64,000 bases of DNA, taken from contig OZ220744.1 in NCBI GenBank assembly GCA_965116925.1, forward strand, positions 5,931,757 through 5,995,756. The letters run 5' to 3'. Both the position numbers and the translations under genes were made by a program. The notes below the pieces were generated by a model. The model saw nothing but the letters and a program-made list of their open reading frames with translations, had not been told where the DNA came from and ran no database searches. The stretch comes from Candidatus Poribacteria bacterium. GTDB lineage: Bacteria > Poribacteria > WGA-4E > PCPOR2b. Positions within the stretch are counted from its first letter, which is position 1; every line of letters begins with the position of its first letter. This document shows, one piece after another, positions 1 to 10,085 of this stretch.

Positions 1-24
1 GATGAGCGTGGGTTATTCTCCCCT

Positions 25-858
25 ATGGCTAAGACCTTCACAACCGAGGTTGCCTTCGACTCCGATGACCTCGGTTCCCTTGTCGCTCCCGACGGGGTTC
101 GTGGCAGACGTTTCGACCACGGAGCACCCGGTGCCATGACGGGGAGGGTGCTGCACAGGTTAACCGACATGAACCACGACGGTATCGCCGATCTCTCGAT
201 CTTCTCGTTGCGAGCAGGGAAAAGTGGTTTTCTAGGGCAGACCTCCGAACTATGGAATATGCACTCCACCTACGAGGTACACTTCGGTAGGCAGACACCC
301 GGCGGCACTGTGTTCGAGACGGAAGTCGGCACCATGATCCGGTCGGACGGCATCCCGTTTGAGATAGGCGCGCGCGACTTGGACTACGACGGTCAGGTTG
401 ATGTGATGTGTGCGGTTATCGACCCGGGCATCTTCAAAATTATCGGTATGTTGGCGAGGGGGATCGCGACGGATTCTGCGTTGCTGGATCTCAATCTCTA
501 CCGCATGGAAGGAGGGGCATATCCCGACGAACGTGACGCCACCTACAAGATCAAGGCGTACACGCCCGGCGATTCGGGGAAGAAAGCCATGCACTTCCCA
601 GCGTTGCTATTTGGAGATGTAAACGGCGATGGACGCCCGGACCTGCTAGCGCAGAATGGGCAAAAAGAATTGCACGTCTTTGTCGGCGTGCCGGGGCCTA
701 ACCTGTTTGCCCGGAAGCCTCAAAAGGTAGAAGTAGTCATGCCCTACGAGGAATACACTTGGCTGGTAGACTTTAACAAGGACGGGCTGCAGGATCTCCT
801 CATGCACCATCCGTCCACCACCGAACCCCATCGGGTGACGATGCTGATCGCTCAATGA
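25..858 (+). CDS. FG-GAP/VCBS-like repeat protein (integrin-alpha-type beta-propeller repeats)
   Basis: Four DxNxDGxxD calcium-binding-like motifs (DMNHDGIADL, DLDYDGQVDV, DVNGDGRPDL, DFNKDGLQDL) spaced about 60 aa apart. ORF 25..858. Confidence 0.6.
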   Translation: MAKTFTTEVAFDSDDLGSLVAPDGVRGRRFDHGAPGAMTGRVLHRLTDMNHDGIADLSIFSLRAGKSGFLGQTSELWNMHSTYEVHFGRQTPGGTVFETEVGTMIRSDGIPFEIGARDLDYDGQVDVMCAVIDPGIFKIIGMLARGIATDSALLDLNLYRMEGGAYPDERDATYKIKAYTPGDSGKKAMHFPALLFGDVNGDGRPDLLAQNGQKELHVFVGVPGPNLFARKPQKVEVVMPYEEYTWLVDFNKDGLQDLLMHHPSTTEPHRVTMLIAQ

Positions 859-1128
859 GCGAAATTGGTGATTTATATCGTTGCGTTTCACATTGGTAGC
901 ACCGCAGTTAAGTGTGGTAGGCATCAAATGTCTGAAATTATGGGCAAAATCCGAGGCACACCCAAAAATGGCATACATCGGTAATACGCCTCGAAACCCC
1001 GTGTTCATTGAGGATTTCTCTGATGAATGCCTTGTTGCTGTATGAACGATTTTGCAAACTTGAGTGCCGATTTCACTACTCCACACTTTAGTGCAGACCT
1101 ACCTTCACATTTCAAAAAGGAGGAAAAC

Positions 1129-1690
1129 AGTGATACGTTCAATTTTTTGCTTTATGGCTACTCTCTTGGGAATAATCTTCAGTTTCTCAACTCAAGTGCA
1201 AGCAGCTGACCTTACCAGAAATTTCGGTATTGGACTTCAGGGAGCTGCGCCTGCATACGGCCTTGTTCAAGAGCAATCGGAGCCAATCCTTGGTGGAATC
1301 AGTTTTCGCTATAACGGACTGGCACCCATCTATTTCCAAACCGTTGGACATTTTGTTCTTGATGATCAGGATAGTGACCATATATTAGGTGCTGGCATTT
1401 CATACGCCATATTCGAGCACCAAAGTCAGTGGAATATAGCCCGACTTTATTTCGCATTGGAGGGTGGCGGGCGGTATCAAAAAAAACAAGAACTCAATCA
1501 AGAGACGCTCAAAACCACGACTCTCGGAGCTGGCCTCGCTTTTGGGGGTGAACTTGTGTTTTCACTGGAAGGGATTCCTCTCGGTTTGAACGTGAAAGTC
1601 GGTCAAGGATTTGGCAAGGAAACGGTTGATTCTCAATCCAAGGGTCGCGCCGGCGTTTATGTAGGAACAGGCATACACGCCTATTTTTAG
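1129..1690 (+). CDS. small outer-membrane beta-barrel protein (OmpA/OmpW/opacity-porin-like)
   Basis: AGGAGG lies 6 nt before the GTG at 1129. Signal peptide MIRSIFCFMATLLGIIFSFSTQVQA. Alternating hydrophobic beta-strand pattern and C-terminal aromatic (…GIHAYF). The 1064 ATG is a possible alternative start. Confidence 0.6.
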
Positions 1691-1930
1691 ACTCTCTTTT
1701 TGATTCATATAAAGAGAAAATGTGAGATATGAAGCGAAATCGTAGGGGCGGGGTTTCCCCGCCCGCAGTAGGGGTTAGGTCACCTAACCCCTACAAAGCC
1801 CGATTGCTGTTGCGCGCTTTCTTAACATCAGCCACTCATATTATCCTATAACGTCCACCTGTCAATTAAAATATCTTGCTTTTCCAAATTATTTTCTTTA
1901 TCATGGTACGGGGACAGAAAGGGTGAGGTA

Positions 1931-3034
1931 ATGATTCATAAACAAATCAGGGCAGTGCTAATCACGATTTTGGTATGCGCGTTACTTTCTCAGTCGAATG
2001 CGGCTTCCGCTGAAGTGAGTGAGGCAGGGCAGCTCTATGAGACTGCTTTCAGGCGAATAGTTGAGGGGGATTACGGTGAGGCGTACGATCGGCTCAACGA
2101 AGTCATTGACAGATACCCGGACACTGTCTACGCGCGGTTTGCGGAAGATCAGCGGCAGCGGTTGGAACAGATGAATCTGCCAAGCATTCGCCGCAAGAAA
2201 ATTGACCAGAGTGGTCGAATTGGGACTGTGGTGTTCAGCACCTTGTATTCGACATGGCTGGGAATTGGCACAGCGAGGCTTGCTGATGAAACAGACAACG
2301 CAAAAAGCATCGCTACCGGTATGATGATAGGGGCACCGGCGGGACTTTTGGCCTCTCTGGTTGCGACGCGAAATGCCAAATTGACCCGTGGACAGTCCGC
2401 TTTAATCAACTTCAGTGGTGCTTGGGGAACGTGGCAAGGATTGGGCTGGGCAATTCTAATTGACGAGGAGGATGGCGAAAAGCCGTTGATTGGCGGCGCA
2501 ATGATCGGTGGACTGTCGGGCATTCTGACGACCTCTATTCTCACAAGAAGAATTGATCCGAATTTAGGAGACATGGCGATAATCAATTACGGTGCACTTT
2601 GGAGCACATGGTTATCTTTGTGTGCAGGTCAAGTTGCCGGTGTTGAAGGTGGAGAGGAATTACTCGCTTGGACGCTCATTGGGGGGAATTTGGGTATGAC
2701 AGCAATGGCATTGGTTTCCCCAAACATTGACATTACGCCAGCACGGGCGAATTGGATTAATCTGGGAGGGGTTATCGGTACTACAGTTGCCAGCGGAATA
2801 GTGACGATAATTGCTGAAAGCAATATTAGTGAGGAGGCCGCATTTGGGGCCCTAATGGTTGGCGGCATTGCTGGGCTTATTACAGGCGTTTACAACACCC
2901 GTCATATCTCGCCTCCAGAAGCGAGTGAAGGGCTGAGTCGCCGGAATGATTCGACGCTATGGGATAGCCCTCCACACCAATTGCAGTTAAGTTCTAACGG
3001 TATACACACCAATTTCTTCAGCCTCCGATTTTGA
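1931..3034 (+). CDS. signal-peptide membrane protein with triplicated LINxGGxWGTW / glycine-zipper repeat (paralog 1)
   Basis: RBS GGGTGAGGT precedes the ATG. Signal peptide ...LLSQSNA. N-terminal helical region of about 90 aa, then three roughly 40-aa repeats (ALINFSGAWGTWQGLGW, MAIINYGALWSTWLSL, ANWINLGGVIGTTVASG) alternating with GxxxG-rich hydrophobic helices. C-terminal Phe. Confidence 0.55.
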   Translation: MIHKQIRAVLITILVCALLSQSNAASAEVSEAGQLYETAFRRIVEGDYGEAYDRLNEVIDRYPDTVYARFAEDQRQRLEQMNLPSIRRKKIDQSGRIGTVVFSTLYSTWLGIGTARLADETDNAKSIATGMMIGAPAGLLASLVATRNAKLTRGQSALINFSGAWGTWQGLGWAILIDEEDGEKPLIGGAMIGGLSGILTTSILTRRIDPNLGDMAIINYGALWSTWLSLCAGQVAGVEGGEELLAWTLIGGNLGMTAMALVSPNIDITPARANWINLGGVIGTTVASGIVTIIAESNISEEAAFGALMVGGIAGLITGVYNTRHISPPEASEGLSRRNDSTLWDSPPHQLQLSSNGIHTNFFSLRF

Positions 3035-3078
3035 TCGCGGATCCTTTCATTGAGTCAACAACTAGAAAGATTGAAACT

Positions 3079-4227
3079 ATGCCGAATCAATTCATCAAAA
3101 TTATTGTCGCAGTTCTTCTTTCCTTTTCCTCACCTCCTCTGTGGGCGGGTGAGATTGAATCAGAAGTCAAAGCACTGGAAGCACGATTGATCTATGAAGA
3201 AGCTGTTAAGCGGGTTGTCGATGGGGAATACGATGCAGCCCTCAGACGACTGGACTGGCTTAGTGCTTCCTATCCCGAAACAGCACATGGGCGATTGGCA
3301 ACGGATAAAAAGCAGGAAATTGCTATTTTGCTACAGCAACCCAAACCGATCAGCGGCATAAGCAGGGCGGGACTTGTTAGTTTCGGTACGCTCTTTACGA
3401 CATGGCTAGGTGTTGGCGCGCTGATACTTGCGGATGTAGAGGATCCGGTCCCTTACGGGCTTGTTCTGATTGCGGGGCCCGTAGGCGGATTAGCCGGCTC
3501 TTTAAGCCTCACGCGGAACATCGAACTGAGCGATGGGCAGGCTTCATTGATTAATCTTGGAGGCGTTTGGGGTATCTGGCAAGCGGTCGGAGCAGCTGCC
3601 CTTGCTGATGCCAGTGAAAAGCCGACTGTGTATGCTAGCATGGTGGGCGGTGCTCTTGGATTGGCGTTGGCTAGCAGTATTGTCAAAGGCAGAGACATCA
3701 GTCCCGGTGATGCAACGCTAATCAATTTCGGCGGGATCTGGGGAACATGGTTTTCGATTTGTGGGGCGATGGCTGCTCGCGACAGGAGCCGTGATAACAG
3801 CAAATTTGTTCTCGGCAGTGCAATGATGGGCGGCAATGTTGGACTATCAGCCATGGCGGCGTGGTCAACGAAACTGAATATGAGTCGTGCTCGCGCCCGT
3901 CTTATCAATATCGGAGGCATCGTAGGTACACTCTACGGTTTAGGCACAAGTATTCTGCTTGATATTGAGCCGGAGGACCGGAGTTTTTGGTCACTCATGG
4001 GAATCGGCGGTGTGGTTGGGTTGACAGCGGGTTCCTATTTTACCCGAAACTACGACGCTCCAGAGAGTTATTTCACAGAAAGTGGTGTGGGGTTACTGAA
4101 TCTTGAACCCGTTGAGAAGAGATGGGACCTATCTTTTCCATCGATTACTATTTCCCCTATCAGTAACAGAGATTCGCGGATTCCTGATGTTGAATTGCGG
4201 ACATCGTTGATTCAGGTTCAGTTCTAA
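3079..4227 (+). CDS. signal-peptide membrane protein with triplicated LINxGGxWGTW repeat (paralog 2 of 1931..3034)
   Basis: Same architecture as its neighbour (ASLINLGGVWGIWQAVG, ATLINFGGIWGTWFSIC, ARLINIGGIVGTLYGLG). Ends in Phe. The ORF opens at a TTG at 3031 overlapping the upstream stop. The ATG at 3079 (MPNQFIKIIVAVLL..., signal-like) is the likelier start. Confidence 0.55.
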   Translation: MPNQFIKIIVAVLLSFSSPPLWAGEIESEVKALEARLIYEEAVKRVVDGEYDAALRRLDWLSASYPETAHGRLATDKKQEIAILLQQPKPISGISRAGLVSFGTLFTTWLGVGALILADVEDPVPYGLVLIAGPVGGLAGSLSLTRNIELSDGQASLINLGGVWGIWQAVGAAALADASEKPTVYASMVGGALGLALASSIVKGRDISPGDATLINFGGIWGTWFSICGAMAARDRSRDNSKFVLGSAMMGGNVGLSAMAAWSTKLNMSRARARLINIGGIVGTLYGLGTSILLDIEPEDRSFWSLMGIGGVVGLTAGSYFTRNYDAPESYFTESGVGLLNLEPVEKRWDLSFPSITISPISNRDSRIPDVELRTSLIQVQF

Positions 4228-4265
4228 CAGCAGAGGTCGGAGAGGAGCACCGCAATACAGGCATA

Positions 4266-5486
4266 ATGAACAAGGTTGAGGGGGCACACTCCACAACAGA
4301 TCAGACGCATCCTAATTTTCCGGATAGGACTACCATCCGGGCGTACTATGTCGGTATGTTTCTCTACTGGGGCGCGCTATATGTCTACTCGCCGATTTTA
4401 TCCGTATATGCTCAGTCGTTGGGTGCCTCGTTCACGACAGTGGGAATGGTTGTCGGGGCATACGGCTTCGTACAGATGTGGCTGCGAATTCCGTTGGGTG
4501 TATGGTCAGATCGGTTGGGACGGCGCTTGCCCTTTCTTTACGCTGGGCACTTTTTCAACCTCGTCGGGTGTTTAGGGCTTGCGATGGCACCGACACCGAT
4601 GTACCTTGTGATCTTCCGTGGCGTGCTTGGTGTCAGTGCCGCCACATGGGTTGCGTTCACTGTGCTATTCGCTAGTTACTTCCCGCCGAATCAGAGTCCC
4701 AAGGCGATGGGTGTTGTTACGGCTATCAATGGCATCTCGCTTATTGTCGTCAATGGACTCGGCGGTCAAATCGCTCAGATGTGGGGGATGGGTGCTACGT
4801 TCTACGTTGGTGCGATTCTGGCGGCTATAGGTCTCATAGCAACCATACCTATTAAGGAACATCGGGCGACGCGTCAACCTCCTACATTTCGACAAATATG
4901 GCGTGTCATCACACACCCTGCCCTGATGCTCATTGCGATTATCACGGCACTCAATCACTACTCATTTTGGGCGACTACCTTTGGTTTTATTCCGCTCTAT
5001 GCGGAGAATCTGGGGGCAAGCAAATTGGTGCTCGGCATCATTGGGGTAGCGGCGCTGGTGCCCTATACGTTAACCGCTCCGATGAACCATCACTTTGCTG
5101 CTCGCTTGGGCGAAAACCGCGCTGTTTTTGTGGGAATTATGGTGATGGCGGCGACGATGCTTGTTGTCCCCTTAATCAACAATATCCCGCTGCTGGCAGT
5201 TTCCCAAGGCGCGAGCGGGTTTGGACGGGGGCTTGTGTACCCTTTGTTGATGGGACTGAGTATCCGAGAGATATCTGGTGAGGACCGGGCGACAGCAATG
5301 GGTGTGTTTCAAGCGGTGTATGCGATCGGTATGTTTTTGGGACCAATGACCGCTGGTGCCGTCGCCGATGTGGTAGGGCTTTCTGGGGCGTTCATCATTG
5401 CCGGCACGGTTTCAGTGATTGCAGCGATAGCAGCTTTAATCCTCTTGAGACGGACAAACGATCTCTCAAAACGTGGAGGGGCATAA
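4266..5486 (+). CDS. MFS transporter
   Basis: 406 aa with 12 predicted TM helices. MFS motif-like GxLxDRxGRR (SDRLGRRLP). Confidence 0.8.
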   Translation: MNKVEGAHSTTDQTHPNFPDRTTIRAYYVGMFLYWGALYVYSPILSVYAQSLGASFTTVGMVVGAYGFVQMWLRIPLGVWSDRLGRRLPFLYAGHFFNLVGCLGLAMAPTPMYLVIFRGVLGVSAATWVAFTVLFASYFPPNQSPKAMGVVTAINGISLIVVNGLGGQIAQMWGMGATFYVGAILAAIGLIATIPIKEHRATRQPPTFRQIWRVITHPALMLIAIITALNHYSFWATTFGFIPLYAENLGASKLVLGIIGVAALVPYTLTAPMNHHFAARLGENRAVFVGIMVMAATMLVVPLINNIPLLAVSQGASGFGRGLVYPLLMGLSIREISGEDRATAMGVFQAVYAIGMFLGPMTAGAVADVVGLSGAFIIAGTVSVIAAIAALILLRRTNDLSKRGGA

Positions 5487-5503
5487 GCTTCAATCAGCAC
5501 ACA

Positions 5504-6307
5504 TCACAGTTTTCCGTCCGCCCGCATTCGGGCTCCATAGGCTTCGATCTCGGTTTTTTCCTCTGGCGTGAGTGTATGGCGATCGGACAGTGCGGAGGCA
5601 ATCCGACTGAAGCGGGGCACGTTTCGCAAGCCCATGATAGTTAGACCCACTGACTCATGGCTGAGGACATAGCGATAGAATTGTTCTTCTGCCGGCGCGC
5701 CTGCGCCATCGAAGAGTTTATCGTTTCGTGACGCATTCATAATCACTACGCCGGTGTTATACTTGTGTGCCTCCGGAAACACGGTGCCCTCCGGCTCCTT
5801 CATGGCGCAATTGTACCAACATAACACAGTATCAAAAAATCCGGTCGCAACCGCCTGCCCGATCTGTTCCCAATCGTGACCCGTAACACCGATGAAGCGA
5901 ATTAGTCCTTCCTCGCGCGCTTTTTGAACCGCTTCCAGCGCGCCATCGGCTGCCAGCGCACGATTTCGTTCCTCTTCGGTGTTCAGATGGTGGAGTTGGT
6001 AGATGTCGATGTAATCTGTTCCCAATAGGCGCAGCGATGTTTCAAGATCCCGACGTGCCCCTGCGGCATCGCGCTGTTGAGTCTTGGTTGCTAGAATCAA
6101 TTCATGCCGCCGTCCTTGGATGGCATTTCCGATAACCCTTTCGTCGTCTCCATCCCGATACGCTCGGGCTGTATCCATATAATTGACGCCACAGTCTAAT
6201 GCGGTTCTATACCCATCAGCAGTTTCGCAATATGCACCGCCGGTGCCGAGTCGAGTTACGACCAATCCTGTTCGACCAAGAGTTGTTCGGGGAATCTGAT
6301 CTGCCAT
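5504..6307 (-). CDS. aldo/keto reductase family oxidoreductase
   Basis: AKR hallmarks: GLVVTRLGTGGA, YMDTARAYRDG, IDIYQLHH. 267 aa is short for the family. Confidence 0.75.
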   Translation of the reverse strand: MADQIPRTTLGRTGLVVTRLGTGGAYCETADGYRTALDCGVNYMDTARAYRDGDDERVIGNAIQGRRHELILATKTQQRDAAGARRDLETSLRLLGTDYIDIYQLHHLNTEEERNRALAADGALEAVQKAREEGLIRFIGVTGHDWEQIGQAVATGFFDTVLCWYNCAMKEPEGTVFPEAHKYNTGVVIMNASRNDKLFDGAGAPAEEQFYRYVLSHESVGLTIMGLRNVPRFSRIASALSDRHTLTPEEKTEIEAYGARMRADGKL

Positions 6308-6390
6308 GAGCGTACACCTCCGTGATTATCTTATCGTTCTAATCGCTATACACTTATTGACCTGCTGGAGTTGTGTCGGTTCATTAGTTC

Positions 6391-6655
6391 ATTATAGTAG
6401 ATTTTAGAATTAATGGGACACGCCTCCCCGGTAGGTGCGGTTTGATGAAGTTTAAGTATTTAAATCGGTAATCCCGATTTTCCTCGAAACATCCGGTAGG
6501 CGCGGTTTTATGAGATTTAAGTATTTAAATCGGTACTTCCGATTTCCCTCGAAACACACGGTAGGCGCGGTTTTCCCCCGCGCCGATGTCGCTAGCAAAT
6601 TACCGAACTGTTTTTTTAATTTTCATCCAACCGCACCTACCGGGGGGACGCAATT
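6391..6655. repeat. composite repeat region: partial MITE-like element (family B) with internal 2 x roughly 66-bp tandem repeat and CCGGTAGGYGCGGTT arms
   Basis: 6391-6443 is the reverse complement of the right end of the 8308-8416 element. The tandem units 6444-6509 and 6510-6575 each end in CCGGTAGGCGCGGTTT. The complementary arm AACCGCACCTACCGG lies at 6631-6647. Confidence 0.7.
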
Positions 6656-6826
6656 TTGAATGCACTATAATTATACCTGTTTGTGAGGGTGTGTCAATCC
6701 AAAAGGTAAGATTGGGGTTCAAGGAAATCTGCTTGACATGCCATCTATCAGTCGTTAAAATATATCAGATCCCAACATGTTTCGCAACGTCTGTTAAAAA
6801 TAACCGAGTACGAGGAGTTTCGCTAT

Positions 6827-7174
6827 ATGCCGACATACGAATATAAATGCCTGGATTGTGGCATCCAGTTTGAGCGGTTTCAAGGTATTACCGAAGATCC
6901 CATCCAGGAATGTCCCGAATGTTCAGGTCAGACCAAGCGGTTAATCGGTGCTGGTGCCGGGCTGATTTTTAAGGGTTCAGGCTTCTACATCACGGACTAT
7001 CGCAGTGAAGGATACAAAGAGAGCGCGAAAAAAGACAAAGATTCGTCATCGAGCAGTGGTGGGGATAGCAAAAGTGGCGAGAGCAAAAGCGGAGATAGTA
7101 AAAGCGGCGATTCTAAATCTAGCAAGACAGAGAGCAGTGATTCTTCCAAATCGACTTCAGATGCAAGTGCTTGA
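6827..7174 (+). CDS. FmdB-family zinc-ribbon protein with Ser/Lys-rich low-complexity tail
   Basis: MPTYEYKCLDCGIQFE...CPECSG gives a CxxC...CxxC zinc ribbon typical of the FmdB regulatory family. C-terminal (SKSGD)n tail. Confidence 0.7.
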   Translation: MPTYEYKCLDCGIQFERFQGITEDPIQECPECSGQTKRLIGAGAGLIFKGSGFYITDYRSEGYKESAKKDKDSSSSSGGDSKSGESKSGDSKSGDSKSSKTESSDSSKSTSDASA

Positions 7175-7306
7175 GAGATGGTTCATAAGTAATTTCGTAT
7201 TTCGTGGTGAACCATCCACCGGCACAATCAGCACCCTACGCATAGGCAACGCTCTCGCTATAGAGGATTGTCAGATGACCTTATCTATTAGCCGAAAGGG
7301 GAAAGC

Positions 7307-8272
7307 ATGGACCACACGCACCATCATCATGACCACGCGCATCACCACCATGATGAAAAGGAAGATGGGCATCAACATAGTCATCAGCATCGCCTACAGG
7401 GAAAATTTCGATTCGCAGTCCTATTGACAACCTTTGTGCTCGTGATCGAGGTAGTCGGGGGGATCCTGTCGAACAGTTTGGCATTGTTGAGCGATGCAGC
7501 ACATGTTTTCTCAGATTCTCTGTCGCTGATTATGAGTTGGCTGGCGATCTATTTGTCGACCCGCCCGGCAACTAGCTCACGCACCTATGGCTATCACCGG
7601 ACAGAGGTATTCGCTGCGTTCATCAACGGGGTTTCACTGATTGCGATCTCTAGCTGGATATTTTACGAAGCTGTCCACCGGTTTATCGAACCTGAACCCG
7701 TTAAGAGCAAAGAGATGCTCGTCGTGGCGATTATCGGATTTATCGCAAATATGCTCATTGTCTGGCTATTTCACGGTGAAGGGCATAAAAGCCTCAATGT
7801 GCGGAGTGCGGTACTTCATGTCATTGGAGATGCGCTCGCTTCCGTCGGCGTCATCGTAGGCGGGGCGATAATATATTGGACCAGTTGGTTCATTGTTGAT
7901 CCAATTCTGAGCTGCGGTATTGGTCTGGTGGTCTTGATTGGTGCGGTCAGGGTTACGAAAGAAGCAGTTCACATCTTGTTGGAAGGGTCTCCAAAACATG
8001 CGGATGCCCACAAAGTGGCGGCGTGCATCAGTGCTATCGATTCAGTTAAGGATGTCCATGACATGCACATTTGGTCTTTATGCTCTAATTATTTGGCGTT
8101 GAGCACGCATGTGTCGATCGCTGAGGACGCAAGCAAATCCTCACACGAATTACGGCAGGAGATTAACGACAAACTACAAGTGCAATTTGGTATTTTCCAC
8201 ACGACAATTCAGATTGAACAGCCCGGTTGTCCCCACGAGGGAAATCTGCTGTGTAACGCATCCCACCACTGA
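7307..8272 (+). CDS. cation diffusion facilitator (CDF) family metal efflux transporter, CzcD/ZitB-like
   Basis: His-rich N-terminus (HTHHHHDHAHHHHD). Six TM helices. CDF signature region (SDAAHVFSDS..., HVIGDALASVGVI). Confidence 0.8.
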   Translation: MDHTHHHHDHAHHHHDEKEDGHQHSHQHRLQGKFRFAVLLTTFVLVIEVVGGILSNSLALLSDAAHVFSDSLSLIMSWLAIYLSTRPATSSRTYGYHRTEVFAAFINGVSLIAISSWIFYEAVHRFIEPEPVKSKEMLVVAIIGFIANMLIVWLFHGEGHKSLNVRSAVLHVIGDALASVGVIVGGAIIYWTSWFIVDPILSCGIGLVVLIGAVRVTKEAVHILLEGSPKHADAHKVAACISAIDSVKDVHDMHIWSLCSNYLALSTHVSIAEDASKSSHELRQEINDKLQVQFGIFHTTIQIEQPGCPHEGNLLCNASHH

Positions 8273-8307
8273 GACGTGATGCGTAAACGATCCGGGGCTC
8301 ATTAATG

Positions 8308-8416
8308 AACTATAGTAAATTCAAAAAATAAAGAAACACTTGCGCCTCCCCGGTAGGTGCGGTTTGTAACCGCACCGGTTTGGCGTGTCCCATTAATTCT
8401 AAAATCTACTATAATG
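8308..8416. repeat. MITE-like element, family B (full copy)
   Basis: ACTATAGTAAATTCAAAAAATAAAGAAACACTTGCGCC + hairpin CCGGTAGGTGCGGTTTGTAACCGCACCGG + ...CATTAATTCTAAAATCTACTATAAT. Imperfect terminal inverted repeats TATAGTA...TACTATA. Near-identical copy at 40364-40476. Confidence 0.7.
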
Positions 8417-8439
8417 TACCAATGAACTCTTGAACAAAG

Positions 8440-9609
8440 TTAGTATGACCGAGGCAAGTCCAATACGTGAGTGGCGAGATAGGCGAGAACAAGGTTGTTA
8501 TTGACTGGTGCCACTTGATAGAGCCGCGTCTCCCGAAACTTGCGCTCCACATCGTATTCATCGACAAAGCCGTAGCCGCCGTGCGTGTCGAGGCAGATAT
8601 TGGCTGCCTGCCAACTCGCCTCAGAGGCGAGCAATTTTGCCATGTTCGCTTCTGCCCCACAGGAGGCGTTGGTATCGAAGAGCCAAGCGGCTTTGTAGCG
8701 GACCAGATCTGCTGCGACGGTCGCTGCATAAGCGCGGACAATGGGGAACTGCACGCCTTGGTTGCGACCAATCGGAGCCTCAAAGACCTCTCGTTCACGG
8801 GCATAGGTGCTCGCCCGATCAACAAACCAGTAGCCATCACCGATGGCTTCCGCTGCCAACAGGATGCGCTCGGCGTTCCAGCCGTCGATGACGTAGCGGA
8901 AGCCGCGTCCCTCCTCGCCAATCAAACTATCGAGCGGCAACCGTAGATCGCGGAACCAGACTTGGTAGGTTGCGTAGTTGAACATGGTGCGGACAGGCTG
9001 CACTTCTAATGCTCCTTTTTGCCGACGTGCATCGCGTAAATCGATCAGGAATAGGCTGAGTCCGTCCGTCCGCTTGTCGACGGATTCGCGGGGTGTTGTG
9101 CGTGCCAACAGGAGAAGTAGGTCTGATTGCTCGATGCGGCTAGTCCAGTTCTTGTGACCGTTGACGATGTATGCCGAGCCCTCACGCCGGGCAAGGGTGC
9201 GGATGCTGGGAGTATCAGAGCCTGCTTCCGCTTCGGTGACTGAAAATGCCTGTAACCGCAGCTCGCCGCTAGCGATAGATGGGAGCCAATGCTCCTTCTG
9301 TGCATCGCTGCCGTGGCGAAGTAACGCGCCCATGAGATACATCTGTGCATGAAACGCCGCCGAGTTTCCACCCGAACGATTGATCTCCTCCAACACAATG
9401 CTCGCCTCTGTCACACCCAAGCCAAGCCCGCCGTATTCTTCTGGAATCAGAATTGAAAGAAAGCCAGCTTCTGTGAGTGCCTTGACAAAGGCTTGTGGAT
9501 ACGCACGCTCACGGTCAGTTTCGCGCCAGTAAGTATCGGGGAATTGAGCGCAGAAGTCGCGGACGCGCTCTCGGAGGGCTTCGTGTTCAGGTGAGAGTCG
9601 AAAATCCAT
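8440..9609 (-). CDS. acyl-CoA dehydrogenase
   Basis: 389 aa. ACAD N-terminal, middle and C-terminal regions recognisable (YGGLG, ...TEAEAGSD..., ...LLASEASWQAANICLDTHGGYGF). Confidence 0.85.
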   Translation of the reverse strand: MDFRLSPEHEALRERVRDFCAQFPDTYWRETDRERAYPQAFVKALTEAGFLSILIPEEYGGLGLGVTEASIVLEEINRSGGNSAAFHAQMYLMGALLRHGSDAQKEHWLPSIASGELRLQAFSVTEAEAGSDTPSIRTLARREGSAYIVNGHKNWTSRIEQSDLLLLLARTTPRESVDKRTDGLSLFLIDLRDARRQKGALEVQPVRTMFNYATYQVWFRDLRLPLDSLIGEEGRGFRYVIDGWNAERILLAAEAIGDGYWFVDRASTYAREREVFEAPIGRNQGVQFPIVRAYAATVAADLVRYKAAWLFDTNASCGAEANMAKLLASEASWQAANICLDTHGGYGFVDEYDVERKFRETRLYQVAPVNNNLVLAYLATHVLDLPRSY

Positions 9610-9791
9610 CGTATATCCCTTTCTAGTCGGAGAACCGTCAACGTTCTGACAATTCTTGCGTTCCTAGTTTGTATCTTATCACACGCCTCGTGGGATTACA
9701 AGATAGATCTTGGCGGTTGTGCAACGCCTACGATGGTACTGTATACCGAACACGTAATGCGTAAAGAAGAGATATTACGTATTTTATTTTT

Positions 9792-9875
9792 GGTTCATAT
9801 CAAAAGCAAGTGCAAAATGCGAAGAGAAACCGAGTTTTTCCGAAAAAACTCGATTTCTTTGTACTATTTCTTAAC
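9792..9875. repeat. REP-like element family A, long form (GGTTCATATCAAAAG...GAAACCGAG-T6-loop-CTCGATTTC)
   Basis: Hairpin 9826-9857 with a 13-bp stem. The 5' extension GGTTCATATCAAAAGCAAGTGCAAAATGCGAAGA is shared with copies at 17171, 34892 and 36548. Confidence 0.75.
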
Positions 9876-9921
9876 GGCTTATGTTAAGAATTAGTGCAAA
9901 AGCATTGACTTACCTCAAAAA

Positions 9922-9950
9922 CCGTAGGCGGGGCATCTTGCCCCGCCGTC
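9922..9950. repeat. GC-rich hairpin, family C (CGTAGGCGGGGC...GCCCCGCCGTC)
   Basis: Palindrome related to the copies at 1741-1796, 33510-33528, 55823-55849 and 59535-59561. Confidence 0.6.
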
Positions 9951-10085
9951 AACGCGTTCATCGTAATTGCACTCCGTTTTTACATGAGCCTTCTTAACAT
10001 GAGCCAATTATGATAGTATCTATTGAATTGACGAACGGAGATGGGCTATAATTCAGGGAGAAAACCGGCGGGAGGGTTTCAAATT

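Noticed and set aside
1741-1796. GC-rich double hairpin after the OMP gene as a simple rho-independent terminator
   Set aside because: There is no downstream T-run. The same GGGGCGGGG...CCCCGCCCC core recurs at four other loci, so it is better explained as a dispersed REP (family C). It may still terminate transcription.
8409-8946. ORFs 8409..8921(-), 8467..8946(+), 8508..8891(+)
   Set aside because: They are shadow frames inside the acyl-CoA dehydrogenase gene, with Arg-rich or Cys-rich biased composition.
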